A stretch of 64,000 nt of DNA from Candidatus Bathyarchaeota archaeon (GCA_963733055.1 CAVTBR010000002.1:160001-224000); one strand, 5' to 3'; counted from the first letter of the stretch, positions 29,555 through 40,355 are shown. Program-made: numbers and translations. The notes: generated from the sequence alone by a model not told the origin.

Positions 29555-30949
29555 ATGACTCAATCTAAGAAAGAAAACTTCGACTCCTCAACGTACGAAC
29601 ACCTCTTCCTCGATTTCATGCAAATGAAGGAATTCTCGAAGCACCCTATCGTCATGAAGAGCGCCAAAGGAGTATGGTACGAAGACGTTGACGGAAACAA
29701 GTACCTCGACGGTATATCGGGCATCTTCGTCGTGAACGTCGGCCACGGTAATTCGCGAATAATCCACGCGATGAAAGAACAGCTCGATCAAATCACATTC
29801 AATCCTCCGCTCCAATCAACAAATCTGAGAGCCCTAGAATTGGCGGAATTGATTACCTCGCTAACCCCGGGAGATCTGCGCACGGTCAAATTGTTCAGTG
29901 GTGGTTCGGAGGCAACTGAGGCAGCGATGAAGCTTGCAAGGCAGTATCACAGACAGACTGGGAACCCTGGTAAGTACAAAGTGATCTCCTTGTATGACGG
30001 TTACCACGGAGCGACCATGGGCGCCCTCGGTGCCTCAGGCGTAGCCAAGAGGAAGACATCATTCGAGCCCTTAGGCCCCGGGTACATTCACGTCTTTCCT
30101 CCCACCTGCTACCGATGCCCTTACGGGCTTGACTACCCTAACTGTGACGTTTTATGCGCCACGATTGTCGAGCAAATTGTGAGGAAAGAAGACCCGTCCA
30201 CAGTCTCGGCTTTCATCGTGGAACCGATCAGCAATACGGGAGGGATAGTTACGCCCCCTAATTCGTATTTCAGAATTTTGCGTGAAATATGTGATAAGTT
30301 TGGTATCCTCCTAATCTTCGATGAGGTAATCACCGGTTTCGGCAGGACGGGAGAAATGTTCGCGGCGCAAACCTTCGGAACAACTCCTGACATTATCTGC
30401 ATGGGCAAGGGAATGGCAAGCGGTTACGCCCCAATCGGTGGAATAGCTTTCAGCGACAAAATAGCTGACTCCTTCCTTGGAAGCGAAGAGGAACAGGTCC
30501 AATTCAATCACGGTCACACATTCGGAGGAAACCCACTATCCTGCGCGGCCGCAATCGCCAACATCGGCGAACTAAAGGAAAGAGACCTCCTCAAGAAGGC
30601 CCGCGAGAGCGGAACGAGAATCATCAAGAGATTGCAGGAACTGGATCATCTAGGCGTGATCGGTGACATTCGTGGAAAGGGGCTGCTTATTGGCGCTGAG
30701 TTCGTGCGAAACCGGAAAACCAAGGAGCAATTTGAGGAACGACTCCGTTTCGGCGTCGGTGTTGGGAAGACGGCCATGCAGAAAGGGCTCATTCTCAGGT
30801 ACGACCCCAACTGGCTCGCTTTCGCTCCACCTCTAATCATCGAGAACAATGAAATCGACACCATGATGGACAGATTCGGCGGGAGTCTTGAGGAAATGTT
30901 GGCGGTTGCGAATCCGGGTAAATCAAATACGCCACCTTCCCGTATGTAG
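29555..30949 (+). CDS. class III PLP-dependent aminotransferase
   Basis: SGGSEATE, YHGAT, IFDEVITGFGRTG, MGKGMASGY, HGHTFGGNP. Confidence 0.92.
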   Translation: MTQSKKENFDSSTYEHLFLDFMQMKEFSKHPIVMKSAKGVWYEDVDGNKYLDGISGIFVVNVGHGNSRIIHAMKEQLDQITFNPPLQSTNLRALELAELITSLTPGDLRTVKLFSGGSEATEAAMKLARQYHRQTGNPGKYKVISLYDGYHGATMGALGASGVAKRKTSFEPLGPGYIHVFPPTCYRCPYGLDYPNCDVLCATIVEQIVRKEDPSTVSAFIVEPISNTGGIVTPPNSYFRILREICDKFGILLIFDEVITGFGRTGEMFAAQTFGTTPDIICMGKGMASGYAPIGGIAFSDKIADSFLGSEEEQVQFNHGHTFGGNPLSCAAAIANIGELKERDLLKKARESGTRIIKRLQELDHLGVIGDIRGKGLLIGAEFVRNRKTKEQFEERLRFGVGVGKTAMQKGLILRYDPNWLAFAPPLIIENNEIDTMMDRFGGSLEEMLAVANPGKSNTPPSRM

Positions 30950-30970
30950 CATGACTTGCTCTAGCCTGGG

Positions 30971-31948
30971 TTAGATCGGCTTCGAATGGGGTGACAGTTC
31001 GACGTCTATGTCACACGTGAGGCTTTGGCCCGGGGTTAGGTGTGAGGTACGCCCTTCGGTTATCGCCTTCCCTAAGTCGTAGGGGTAGCTTGTGCTGGGT
31101 TCGATGACAGCAGTGTACAATGATCTATACCCTCCGTAGGCTAGGAATAGCCAAATGTTGTTTAGGATTTGCTTAGGGAAGCTCAGCTTTACGTCCACGT
31201 TGCCCTGTGGATTCACCAACTTCACGGCACCATCTTCAAGGTCGGTTACGTAATGCAAGGTGCAAGTGTGAGCAGTCGGTGGCGGCACTCTGCTCACATC
31301 AACTCGCTCGCCACCCTTGCACTGAGCAATCGGCCAGCGATATCTGTCGCTCGATTCTGAGTAAAGATGAGTGTACCGTGGGTCAACAATTCCTGTCTTA
31401 GCGGAAATCTCAATGCTGCAGGTTTCATTGATTTGGAACGCGGGGTGAATCTTCCATAAGAATTTCAGGTCATCGCGACCCAAGTTCTCGAGCAAATATC
31501 GCAGGTGAATTTTAGGTTCGCCAACACGTATTGCTAGAGACCTAGTGATTCTGCAAGGTGTAATCGGAGTGAGAACAGATGTTACCAAAGTTGCTGTTTC
31601 ATGGAGGTCATCCGGTTTGACTATTGAATAACTCCACTCGGTTGACCAAGCCTCACCCATGTCAGGGTACCGCTCTTTGTTGATAGAGCACGGAGCGTCA
31701 TTCGGAAAGATCTCGTCCCAACCTCCACACCAGACGTCATCGAACGCTGCACCCAGGGCAACCTTGGTTGGCCTGATTTGCGGATTATGCCAAAGCACGT
31801 TCTTTTGACTGGGCTTATAGATCAAGTCGTATATCTTAGCGCCCAATTCGGGAAAGACAAGAACTCGAACAAATTCGTTTTCCAGCACGACCGAACGAAT
31901 GCCCCTATAGCTCCAGTCATCGTTTACCGTTACGTCCTCACGGCTCAT
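30971..31948 (-). CDS. galactose-mutarotase-like / DUF5107 protein
   Basis: VLENEFVRVLVFPELGAKI, GGWDEIFP, WKIHPAF, IEP. Confidence 0.75.
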   Translation of the reverse strand: MSREDVTVNDDWSYRGIRSVVLENEFVRVLVFPELGAKIYDLIYKPSQKNVLWHNPQIRPTKVALGAAFDDVWCGGWDEIFPNDAPCSINKERYPDMGEAWSTEWSYSIVKPDDLHETATLVTSVLTPITPCRITRSLAIRVGEPKIHLRYLLENLGRDDLKFLWKIHPAFQINETCSIEISAKTGIVDPRYTHLYSESSDRYRWPIAQCKGGERVDVSRVPPPTAHTCTLHYVTDLEDGAVKLVNPQGNVDVKLSFPKQILNNIWLFLAYGGYRSLYTAVIEPSTSYPYDLGKAITEGRTSHLTPGQSLTCDIDVELSPHSKPI

Positions 31949-31980
31949 GGCCAATCTCTCCCTCAGACATTTTACCGCCA

Positions 31981-33000
31981 TTATCCTTGCAGCGGATAAT
32001 GGCACGCAGCGTAATGCCCATGTCTTAGTTCCAAGAGCTTCGGCTCTTCGACACTGCACTTTTCTTTTGCGTAAGGGCAGCGAGGGTGAAACCGGCAGCC
32101 GGATGGCGGGTCAGCCAAATTCGATGCATAATCAACGTCAAGCTTAGCGGGTGCCATCTGGGAATTTTCAGATTGAGGCACCGATGCCAATAGAAGGTTT
32201 GTGTAGTGGTGCAGCGGATGGTTGATCAAGTCGTCGGTTTCGGCGACTTCGACAATCTTGCCGAAGTACATTACTGCGATCCTAGCACTTATGTACCTTG
32301 CAACTCCAAGGTCGTGCGTGATGAACAGGTAGGTCAGCCTCAGCTCTTCCTTAAGTGTCTGCAATAGATGCAGAACACCAAGCCTTATCGAAACATCGAG
32401 CATTGAAACGGGTTCATCTGCAATCAGCAGGTCCGGTTCCAGAGATAGAGCTCTGGCGATTGCGACCCTCTGCCTCTCTCCTCCGCTAAGTTGGTGAGGG
32501 TAGCGGTCCATTTTTGTTGCCGGGTCTAGCCCGACTAGCTTGAGCATTCTTTCCACGATGGCTGTACGGTCTTTCTTGGTTCGTGTGACGAGGCCGTGGA
32601 TCACACTTGGTTCAACGATGCTGTCGAATACAGTTGAGTGTGGATTGAGGGATTCGTACGGGTCTTGAAATATCATTTGAACTCGTCGTCGTAATTGTTT
32701 AGTTTCTTTTCTTGTCTGTTTGAAGATGTCTTGCCCGTGGTAGAGGATTTGTCCGCTTGTCGGTTGGGTCAGTTTGACGATTGTTCGGGCTAAGGTGGAT
32801 TTGCCGCTTCCGCTTTCACCTACAAGTGAAAGAATTTCGCCTGGGGCGATGGATATGGTAACGTCGTCGACGGCGTGGATTATGATCTTTCGCCCAATGA
32901 TTCCTTGTCTCTTTTGGAAGTACACCTTGAGGGCGCGAACCTCTAGAATCGGCGACGCTCCGGATCCGCCTGCCATTTCTTCGCGCTGTTGATTGGACAA
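31981..33000 (-). CDS. peptide/oligosaccharide ABC ATPase (OppF-like)
   Basis: GESGSGKST, LSGGERQR, DEPVSMLD, GCRFHPRCP. Confidence 0.93.
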   Translation of the reverse strand: MSNQQREEMAGGSGASPILEVRALKVYFQKRQGIIGRKIIIHAVDDVTISIAPGEILSLVGESGSGKSTLARTIVKLTQPTSGQILYHGQDIFKQTRKETKQLRRRVQMIFQDPYESLNPHSTVFDSIVEPSVIHGLVTRTKKDRTAIVERMLKLVGLDPATKMDRYPHQLSGGERQRVAIARALSLEPDLLIADEPVSMLDVSIRLGVLHLLQTLKEELRLTYLFITHDLGVARYISARIAVMYFGKIVEVAETDDLINHPLHHYTNLLLASVPQSENSQMAPAKLDVDYASNLADPPSGCRFHPRCPYAKEKCSVEEPKLLELRHGHYAACHYPLQG

Positions 33001-33051
33001 ATGACTCGGGCTCAGAGATAGTTAGCGTTCCCTAGCGTGTGCTGAGAAGCA

Positions 33052-34053
33052 TTAAGCGTTTTCCGAGATGAGATGACAAGCCGCTTGTGATCCCGTCTTT
33101 GATCTCAGTAATTGAGGTTCTTTTTCCTTACACAAGTCGAAAGCATACTTACACCGAGGATGGAATCTGCAGCCGGTAGGCCATACTCCACTGGGCGGGT
33201 TCCCGGGGATGGAGGTGAGAGTCTGGCGGTCTCCGAATACTCTCGGGACTGAGTTTACAAGAGCTTCTGTGTAGGGATGCGACGGATGCTTCAGGACATC
33301 GTCTTTCTTGCCAATCTCAACAATTCTACCGGCATACATTATCGCGATTCTATCTGCAATCTCGGCGATCACCGATAGGTCGTGAGTTACGAATAGGAAA
33401 GAGACGCCGAGTTTCGCCTGTAGCCCTTTCAGAAGGATGAGGAGTTGCTTCTGAACTACGACATCTAATGCCGTGGTGGGTTCGTCTGCGATAACGAGAA
33501 GCGGGTTAAGCGCGAGAGCCATAGCAATTACGGTTCGCTGTTTCATACCTCCACTGAATTCGTGCGGGTAATTTCTTGCCCGAGAGGGGTGAATGGCTAC
33601 TGACGATAACAGTTGGGTTGTCATTTCCCAAGCTTGCCTTCTCGGAACTCGACCGTGTGCGGAAATCGCCTCGATTATTTGGTTTCCAATTTGCATCACG
33701 GGATCGAGCGAATTCATTGAGCCTTGGGGGATCAAGGACACCTGCTTCCATCGTAGGTTCCGAAGCTGTTCTTGGCTCATCGTTAGGATGTCTTCGCCGT
33801 TTATCAGAACCTGGCCTTCAGTTTGGGCGTTGGAGCTGAGTAGTCGAATGAGCGAGAGCGCTGTCGTGGTTTTTCCGCATGCTGACTCTCCGGCAAGCCC
33901 TAGCACCTCGCCTTTGTTTATCGTGAAGGAGATATCGTCGACGGCTTTCGTGAGACCGGCACGGGTCTTGTATGTTACGGAGAGATTCTTCACCTCAATT
34001 AATGCGGATTGGGTCAGTGGACTCTCGTTGCCTGGGGCCGTTTGAGGTGTCAA
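33052..34053 (-). CDS. peptide/oligosaccharide ABC ATPase (OppD-like)
   Basis: GESACGKTT, FSGGMKQR, DEPTTALD; TTG start overlaps the upstream TGA. Confidence 0.93.
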   Translation of the reverse strand: MTPQTAPGNESPLTQSALIEVKNLSVTYKTRAGLTKAVDDISFTINKGEVLGLAGESACGKTTTALSLIRLLSSNAQTEGQVLINGEDILTMSQEQLRNLRWKQVSLIPQGSMNSLDPVMQIGNQIIEAISAHGRVPRRQAWEMTTQLLSSVAIHPSRARNYPHEFSGGMKQRTVIAMALALNPLLVIADEPTTALDVVVQKQLLILLKGLQAKLGVSFLFVTHDLSVIAEIADRIAIMYAGRIVEIGKKDDVLKHPSHPYTEALVNSVPRVFGDRQTLTSIPGNPPSGVWPTGCRFHPRCKYAFDLCKEKEPQLLRSKTGSQAACHLISENA

Positions 34054-34937
34054 AGGCTTCTCAACCTCGGGTTGAAGACGTCTTCGATTGATACGCTGAT
34101 AAGGACGAACGCGAGCCCGACTAAGATTATGCATAGACCTGGAGCGATAACCCACCACCAAGCGCCGTTGAAGAGAGCGTAAGCCTGCGCCCAGTACAGC
34201 ATCGTTCCCCAGCTCACAACGGTAATGTCCCCTAAACCTATGAAATCAAGCGCGGCCTCACCTACTATGGCTGTAGTTATCATGAGAACTGCATTCGCTG
34301 CTATGATGCTTGCCAAGTTTGGGAGCATCAGCTTGGTAATTATTCTGAAGTCACTGGCACCGACGACTCTCGCAGAGTCCGTGAATGGCCGCTCGCGAAG
34401 GGATAATGTCTGGGAGCGGACTACCCGTGCCACGGCAGGCCAGGAAGTAACGGTCAAAACTAGGATTACAGTTCGAAGGCTGGGACCGAGATAAGCTGCA
34501 AGTATGATCATGAGTGGTAGCGAGGGCAAAATAAGGACGATATCGGTTCCTCTCATTAGGATCTCGTCGATTGTACGCTTGTAATAGCCCGCCAAAACAC
34601 CCACAATGGTTCCGACTACTGAGGAAAGAGCGGCGACGATTAGACCAACCGCGATAGATACTCTCCCTCCGTAAATAATTTCGCTCAATATGTCCTCGCC
34701 TACGTAATCGGTGCCGAGTGGGAACCGCTGACTGGGGGGCGCGTAGGCTGGCCCTGGAGCGGGGAAGGCGTATGGAGAATATGGGGCTATGAGTGGAGCA
34801 GCTACAGCTAGGATCGCGAAGAATGCAATTATTCCGAACCCAACTTGGGCTCGCCGATGACGTAATACTTCAGAAAACATTGAGGGCCAATGGGACGCTA
34901 AACCTCGCAACCTTTTCTGCATCGTGGCTTGCTGCAA
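34050..34937 (-). CDS. ABC permease (OppC-like)
   Basis: PLGTD, ARVVRSQTLSLR, WWWVIAPG, NPRLR. Confidence 0.93.
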   Translation of the reverse strand: MQQATMQKRLRGLASHWPSMFSEVLRHRRAQVGFGIIAFFAILAVAAPLIAPYSPYAFPAPGPAYAPPSQRFPLGTDYVGEDILSEIIYGGRVSIAVGLIVAALSSVVGTIVGVLAGYYKRTIDEILMRGTDIVLILPSLPLMIILAAYLGPSLRTVILVLTVTSWPAVARVVRSQTLSLRERPFTDSARVVGASDFRIITKLMLPNLASIIAANAVLMITTAIVGEAALDFIGLGDITVVSWGTMLYWAQAYALFNGAWWWVIAPGLCIILVGLAFVLISVSIEDVFNPRLRSL

Positions 34938-34951
34938 GGTTTCAGATCACG

Positions 34952-35944
34952 TTAGTACTTTATCCGCGGATCGAGGAATGCGTAGAAAAGGTCGGCGAGA
35001 TAGTTCGCGGCGACTACCGTGAAAGATAAAATGAAGAAAAGGCCTTGCAGCAACGGATAGTCGTGAGCCAATACTGCTCTGTAGGTCAAGTACCCCACCC
35101 CAGGATAGGAGAAGACTATTTCGACCAGCAGTGCACCGCTGACGACGTAACCAAGGTTCAGTCCAATCAGGGTTATCATGGGAAGCATGGCGTTTCTGGC
35201 CGCGTGCCCAAAAAGGACGGCCCTTTCTCGCAGACCCTTTGCTCGAGCCATGAGAATGTAGTCCTGTGACAGTTCACCGACCATTGTGTTTCGCATAATC
35301 AGCGAGTAACCCGCGTACGATGCAATGACCAATGTCATCATAGGCAAGGACGCATGCCACAGAATATCACTCGCATCAGTGAGAACCAACGGGTTGCTGG
35401 CGGTTATGCCACCTGAGGCGGCTCCGGAAACCGGAAACCAATGAAGTGTGATTGCGAAGATCCATAAGAGAATGATTCCGAGCCAGAAGAAAGGCATCGT
35501 CCAGAATAGCATGGAAATTGACATGGTGGCGGTGTCAAACTTGCTTCCGGGACGAGAGCCACTCCAGACCCCCAACAAGATGCCTAGAATGGCGGTAATA
35601 ACCGTAGAGACTCCGACCAGGAAAAGCGTCCAAGGCAAGTATTGCATTATTGTCGTGAACACTGGCGATGGATAGAAAAGATATGAGACTCCAAAGTTTG
35701 GCGGCCATGAGAGAGTATTTGTTAGATATAGCGTGAATTGAATCCACACTGGTTTGTCCAGTCCGAATCTTCGCGTGAGGGCCGCCATGGCTTGAGGCGA
35801 TGAAATTATGTGTGGATTAGCGAAGTAAATTAACGGACTTCCAGGCATCATGCGAGGTATTAGAAAGTTGATGCAGACGACCGCGAAAAGTGTGAGCGCG
35901 GCGTAGATCGTACGCCGTAGCACATACTGGCCGCTGACTCGCAA
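34952..35944 (-). CDS. ABC permease (OppB-like)
   Basis: FGLDKP, YILMARAKGL, DYPLLQG, LDPRI. Confidence 0.93.
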   Translation of the reverse strand: MRVSGQYVLRRTIYAALTLFAVVCINFLIPRMMPGSPLIYFANPHIISSPQAMAALTRRFGLDKPVWIQFTLYLTNTLSWPPNFGVSYLFYPSPVFTTIMQYLPWTLFLVGVSTVITAILGILLGVWSGSRPGSKFDTATMSISMLFWTMPFFWLGIILLWIFAITLHWFPVSGAASGGITASNPLVLTDASDILWHASLPMMTLVIASYAGYSLIMRNTMVGELSQDYILMARAKGLRERAVLFGHAARNAMLPMITLIGLNLGYVVSGALLVEIVFSYPGVGYLTYRAVLAHDYPLLQGLFFILSFTVVAANYLADLFYAFLDPRIKY

Positions 35945-35954
35945 CTAGTTTCGC

Positions 35955-37790
35955 TTAGGCGCTTTTTCTCTTTCGCGCATATAGCCCTACGGCGATCAGT
36001 GCGATCACAACGACCAATCCGCCGACGATATAGGGCGTCATGTCAGCGCCGCCTGAGGGAGTGATACTTGAAGTGGAACTCATGCTGGTTGGCTGGGCGC
36101 TTAGGCTGTATATGCTTGCAAGCGCAGTCATGTTGAACATTCCCCCAGGCCAATCCATCGTGCTCGGGGGTGATGGCCATCCGCCGAAGCTCGCGGTGTT
36201 GTACACCCAGACTGAGTCAACGTAGAAGAGTGTCAATGATGGCAGGGTCTCGGCGACGATGCTCTGCAGCTTTTGCATGAGTTGTGCTCGTCCGGTAGCG
36301 GTTCCTTCGGAGACCAATTGCTTCAATGTAGCGTTGTATTCAGTTCCTACACTGGTGGGCCAGAAGACCGGTTGCGTTAAAGGCGGTCCTGTCCCGAACC
36401 CGTCGAACGAGTAGTCGAAGAGTAACTCCGAATTCGGGTAGCCGTAATTCTGTTCGTGGAAGTACATGTTCGTCCCCTTAGCCCAAATCGTCGACATGGA
36501 GGTAGTCGCTATCGATTGAACCTGGGCGTCGATCCCTACCGCTCTGAAGTACTGAACAAGCCTGTTGCCGGCTGTGACGATTGGCTGGGCTTCCGCGGGA
36601 GCGTAGACCGTCGGTGTGAACGTTGTTCCGTCTGGCAACTTCCAGAATCCGTCACTACCCTTGGTCCACCCGGGTAGAGAACCTAGAAGTTGTTGCGCCA
36701 TCTGGGGGTTATAGTCGTACTGAGGAACGCTTGAGTTGAATTCAGGTGAGTTCTCCCAGGGGATGTAACCCGAGTTCCCGGGTGAGCCGTAACCTGCCAA
36801 GGCGGTCTGGACGAGGTCCGTCTTGTTAATAGAATATGCCATTGCCTTCCGGAAGTCACTCATGTTATACGGATAATTCCACACAGGGTATTCGAGGTTC
36901 CACGTGTCTGGCGTTGGGCCGTATGTGGCTTTGAAGTTGGGATTGGACGTTAGGCCCGCAACGTCAGAGGGTGATACGGGTGCCGCATCAATTTGACCGC
37001 CCTTCAACATGAGCGACAGGTCCGCGGTGGTGGGGACGAGTAGAACTACCACTTTGTCCAAATATGGGACGCCTTTCTCGTCGCCTCCGAACGGTGATCC
37101 GTATGTGTTTGGAAGAAGAACGACTTGGGAATCACCTTGTGTGTAATTCGAGACGTAATATGCACCCGCGCTGACGAGGGTTCCGAAGTTAGGGCCCGGC
37201 GCAGTACCGTTCATGATATAGGTGTTCCAAACATGGTAGGGCACAAGGTTTGGAGTGTTCTCAGCTCCAACGATGTCGCCAAGCGTACCGAACGGCTGGT
37301 TGAGGTCCACCTCTACGACGGTCGCGTTTACGGGTTTGATTGAACTATCAATGCTGCCCGCCAGATAGCTTGAGTAAAGCGATAAGCTACCGGCACCCCA
37401 AGTGAAGGTCGAAAACATGAGTTTGAGCGAGTAGGCTAAGTCTGTGGAGTTTACCGGGACACCGTCAGACCATGTCATACCCGAACGTAGCATGAAGAAC
37501 CATGTAGTAGCCTGTGCGTTGGACCAATAATTCGACACAGCAACGTGCATGAGTCCCGTACTCACGGGGACGCCGAGGTCCGGGTAAACCATCTGGTTGA
37601 AGTACCAAGCCTGGTAGGACGACGTCAGAAACTGGGAGAAATTATCAATCGTGTTCGGCAGCGCGAGGTGAAGGGTCCCGCCGTGTTGAATCATCTGCGC
37701 ATAGGCAGGCATGAAGGTGGCTGACAGCAATATCGAATTTACAAGAACAGCTACAATCAATAACCGAACTCTGGAGCCCAACAGTCTCAA
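35955..37790 (-). CDS. family 5 solute-binding protein with signal peptide and C-terminal TM anchor
   Basis: WSDGVPV, FRKAMAYSINK; Ser/Thr linker + TM + RKRK. Confidence 0.9.
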   Translation of the reverse strand: MRLLGSRVRLLIVAVLVNSILLSATFMPAYAQMIQHGGTLHLALPNTIDNFSQFLTSSYQAWYFNQMVYPDLGVPVSTGLMHVAVSNYWSNAQATTWFFMLRSGMTWSDGVPVNSTDLAYSLKLMFSTFTWGAGSLSLYSSYLAGSIDSSIKPVNATVVEVDLNQPFGTLGDIVGAENTPNLVPYHVWNTYIMNGTAPGPNFGTLVSAGAYYVSNYTQGDSQVVLLPNTYGSPFGGDEKGVPYLDKVVVLLVPTTADLSLMLKGGQIDAAPVSPSDVAGLTSNPNFKATYGPTPDTWNLEYPVWNYPYNMSDFRKAMAYSINKTDLVQTALAGYGSPGNSGYIPWENSPEFNSSVPQYDYNPQMAQQLLGSLPGWTKGSDGFWKLPDGTTFTPTVYAPAEAQPIVTAGNRLVQYFRAVGIDAQVQSIATTSMSTIWAKGTNMYFHEQNYGYPNSELLFDYSFDGFGTGPPLTQPVFWPTSVGTEYNATLKQLVSEGTATGRAQLMQKLQSIVAETLPSLTLFYVDSVWVYNTASFGGWPSPPSTMDWPGGMFNMTALASIYSLSAQPTSMSSTSSITPSGGADMTPYIVGGLVVVIALIAVGLYARKRKSA

Positions 37791-37985
37791 CCTGTACGAA
37801 AGGTCAGGTGGCTTTCTGGATGTATTTAAGACTAAGCGTTGTGAGCCCGGAGGGCATTTACCAGTTCAAACCTACCAAGGAGACTAGTTCGTCAATCAGA
37901 AATTGTATCAGCCAATTCCAAATGGTGAAATTCCTAACGAACCCTTATTTCCGAAAGGCGTTAGGGAATCAGGAAGTTGGTTTGA

Positions 37986-38810
37986 ATGGATTCGGATTCT
38001 CTAATTAGACTAGGGCTTGAGAGTAAGGTTGTAATTGTCACAGGCGCGGCACGTGGGATCGGAGAAGCGATCGCCAGGGCTTTTGGACATTCACAATGTA
38101 ACGTGGTCATTGCCGATAGAATGAGACGCACTGACGGACGCAAGAGATGCGAAGCACTCGCCGATGACATCACAAAAGCAGGCGGCTACGCGTTCGTCTT
38201 CCAGCTCGACATAAGCGATCGAGCCCAAATAGAGAAGATGCTTGAGATCACACTCCAGAAATTCGGAAGGGTCGACGTGCTAGTGTGTAACGCCTCGATA
38301 ATGAAGGGAGGATCCCTGATTGATATGGATGAAAAGAATCTTCAAGAACATTTTGAAGTTAACGTAAAGGGCTGTTTCAACTGCAGCCAACTCATTGCAA
38401 AACAGATGATCAAGCAAGGTGGTGGTGGGAGGATCATCATAATCTCATCTATCGACGGAATGGGGGCGGAAGAAGGCGTCCTCGCATACTCTTCCAGCAA
38501 AGCCTCATTGATCATGATGACCAAATGCATGGCCGTGGAACTCGCGAGTCACAAAATAACCGTCAACACGATCGCGCCAGGATGGGTCGAAACTGATATG
38601 ACCGTCCCTTATCTCAACGAAGCGTTGATCAAGGAACTCAGGAACCGAATACCTTTGGGATACATGGCTAAACCCGGACAAATCGCCGGAGGCGCACTCT
38701 TCTTGGCCTCACCGTTAGCAGACTACGTTACTGGGCAGGTCTTGGTTATTGACGGCGGCCTGACGTCTAACTTGACGATCAAGGCGGGGCAAGGGACGGT
38801 TCAATACTAA
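37986..38810 (+). CDS. short-chain dehydrogenase/reductase
   Basis: TGAARGIG, YSSSK, IAPGWVET, VTGQVLVIDGG. Confidence 0.93.
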   Translation: MDSDSLIRLGLESKVVIVTGAARGIGEAIARAFGHSQCNVVIADRMRRTDGRKRCEALADDITKAGGYAFVFQLDISDRAQIEKMLEITLQKFGRVDVLVCNASIMKGGSLIDMDEKNLQEHFEVNVKGCFNCSQLIAKQMIKQGGGGRIIIISSIDGMGAEEGVLAYSSSKASLIMMTKCMAVELASHKITVNTIAPGWVETDMTVPYLNEALIKELRNRIPLGYMAKPGQIAGGALFLASPLADYVTGQVLVIDGGLTSNLTIKAGQGTVQY

Positions 38811-38924
38811 GGCGACCCCCTCTCCCCTCGTAACACTCGGCGGTTTCAATCGCTTAGCCGCTCACCTACAGGGCGGGATTATGGACATGATCCCGCGGGA
38901 ACAGGTACATATCCTGGGATAAGG

Positions 38925-39049
38925 TTAGTTGGGTAGTACAGGATCCCTCAAATTCAGAACGAGCAGGGTAATCGCGAAGGCGAACACACCATCACTGAAT
39001 GCTTCGAGCCGCACACAGTCTCCTTCTCTCTTAGGTTTTCAATACTCAT
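38925..39049 (-). pseudogene. 5' remnant of TMEM175-family K+ channel
   Basis: MSIENLREKETV, frameshift, then RLEAFSDGVFAFAITLLVLNLRDP followed by a stop: TMEM175 signature helix only. Confidence 0.75.
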
Positions 39050-39146
39050 GGACGATCACTGATTAATTGAATTCCGAATTATCGCCTTCGAGATATTCGT
39101 TTTGCAAGCTATGCAGATACCGTGAATCATCGAAAAGCGGAGTGGG

Positions 39147-40355
39147 TTAAATGAGAAACTTAACGACACCGATGACAGTGCCGATCAAAATTACCCACAT
39201 GGAGTTCACATGGAAACGAATTAGCAGAATCGAACTCACAATGAGTATGCCAATCGTTAACACGTCGACCAGAGCAGACACAGCAAGTTCGTAAGTTACA
39301 AAAACCATCAACGCCAAAGATGCAACAATCACGCCATCAAGGAATGCTCCTGCGACCGGAGAACTCCGAATGCGTGGAATGAGCGGACCGCTAATCGCTA
39401 CGGCAACAAACGCCGGAAGAAAAATACCTACCGTAGCGACTAGTCCACCTACTGGGCCTGCTAGGATAAAGCCGATGAACGTTGCCGTTGTGAAGACGGG
39501 CCCAGGAGTCACTTGACCAACAATAATCGCATCCAGAAGCTGAGAGACGGTTATCCAATGCAAGTGTGTAACCAGTTCTGCTTGTAGAAATGCTAACAGT
39601 ACGTAGCCGCTTCCGAATACTACCGATCCCATTTTCAAGAAAACCAGGAACAACGACCATAAGCCGAACTTGGTAGAGGACGGTTCAATAATTGCCGCCC
39701 CGCTCGCTAACGCATAAGCTAGAACTGGAATCGAAAACAGAAGGCAAAGCGAGAGAATACTCGCCCTCTTCTTCCTTGCATTCGCAAACCATCGGCCAAG
39801 GCCGGTGACGCTTCCTAATCCGAAAATAGTTAGGATTGGGTTTACGCCTAGAGCGCTCAGAGCTAAACCTCCAGCGCCAATTATTAGCAGGTATTTCGTT
39901 TTGACCGCTGAACGCCCTAGGTTCCACAGCGCCTGCAGAATGATTGCGATGACAACCGGTTTGACGCCGTAAAGGATACTGACGACCTGCGGTAGTGAAC
40001 CGTACTGAACGTAGATCCATGCGAGGGCGGTTACGATGAGTGAAGCGGGAAGAATGAAACAGACTCCCGCGAGGACAAGGCCAACCCATCCCGCCTGAAC
40101 ATAGCCAATATAGATTGCCAACTCTGTAGAGCTTGGACCGGGAATTAGGTTAGCTGCACCTAACAGATCTAGGAACTTCTCCCTCGACAGCCAGTGTCGG
40201 CGACGAACCGTCTCCTCCTCCATCATGGCTATGTGTGCGGCCGGTCCGCCGAAGGCTATGAATCCAAGCTTAAGAAAATAGACGGCAATGTCCCTTAGAG
40301 ATGCTGACCCCTCCGCCACTTTACGCAACCCGCCTCCTTTGAAGTCCATATTCAT
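39147..40355 (-). CDS. chrA: chromate ion transporter (long-chain CHR)
   Basis: KLGFIAFGGP, NLIPGPSS, FGSGYV, QVTPGP. Confidence 0.93.
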   Translation of the reverse strand: MNMDFKGGGLRKVAEGSASLRDIAVYFLKLGFIAFGGPAAHIAMMEEETVRRRHWLSREKFLDLLGAANLIPGPSSTELAIYIGYVQAGWVGLVLAGVCFILPASLIVTALAWIYVQYGSLPQVVSILYGVKPVVIAIILQALWNLGRSAVKTKYLLIIGAGGLALSALGVNPILTIFGLGSVTGLGRWFANARKKRASILSLCLLFSIPVLAYALASGAAIIEPSSTKFGLWSLFLVFLKMGSVVFGSGYVLLAFLQAELVTHLHWITVSQLLDAIIVGQVTPGPVFTTATFIGFILAGPVGGLVATVGIFLPAFVAVAISGPLIPRIRSSPVAGAFLDGVIVASLALMVFVTYELAVSALVDVLTIGILIVSSILLIRFHVNSMWVILIGTVIGVVKFLI

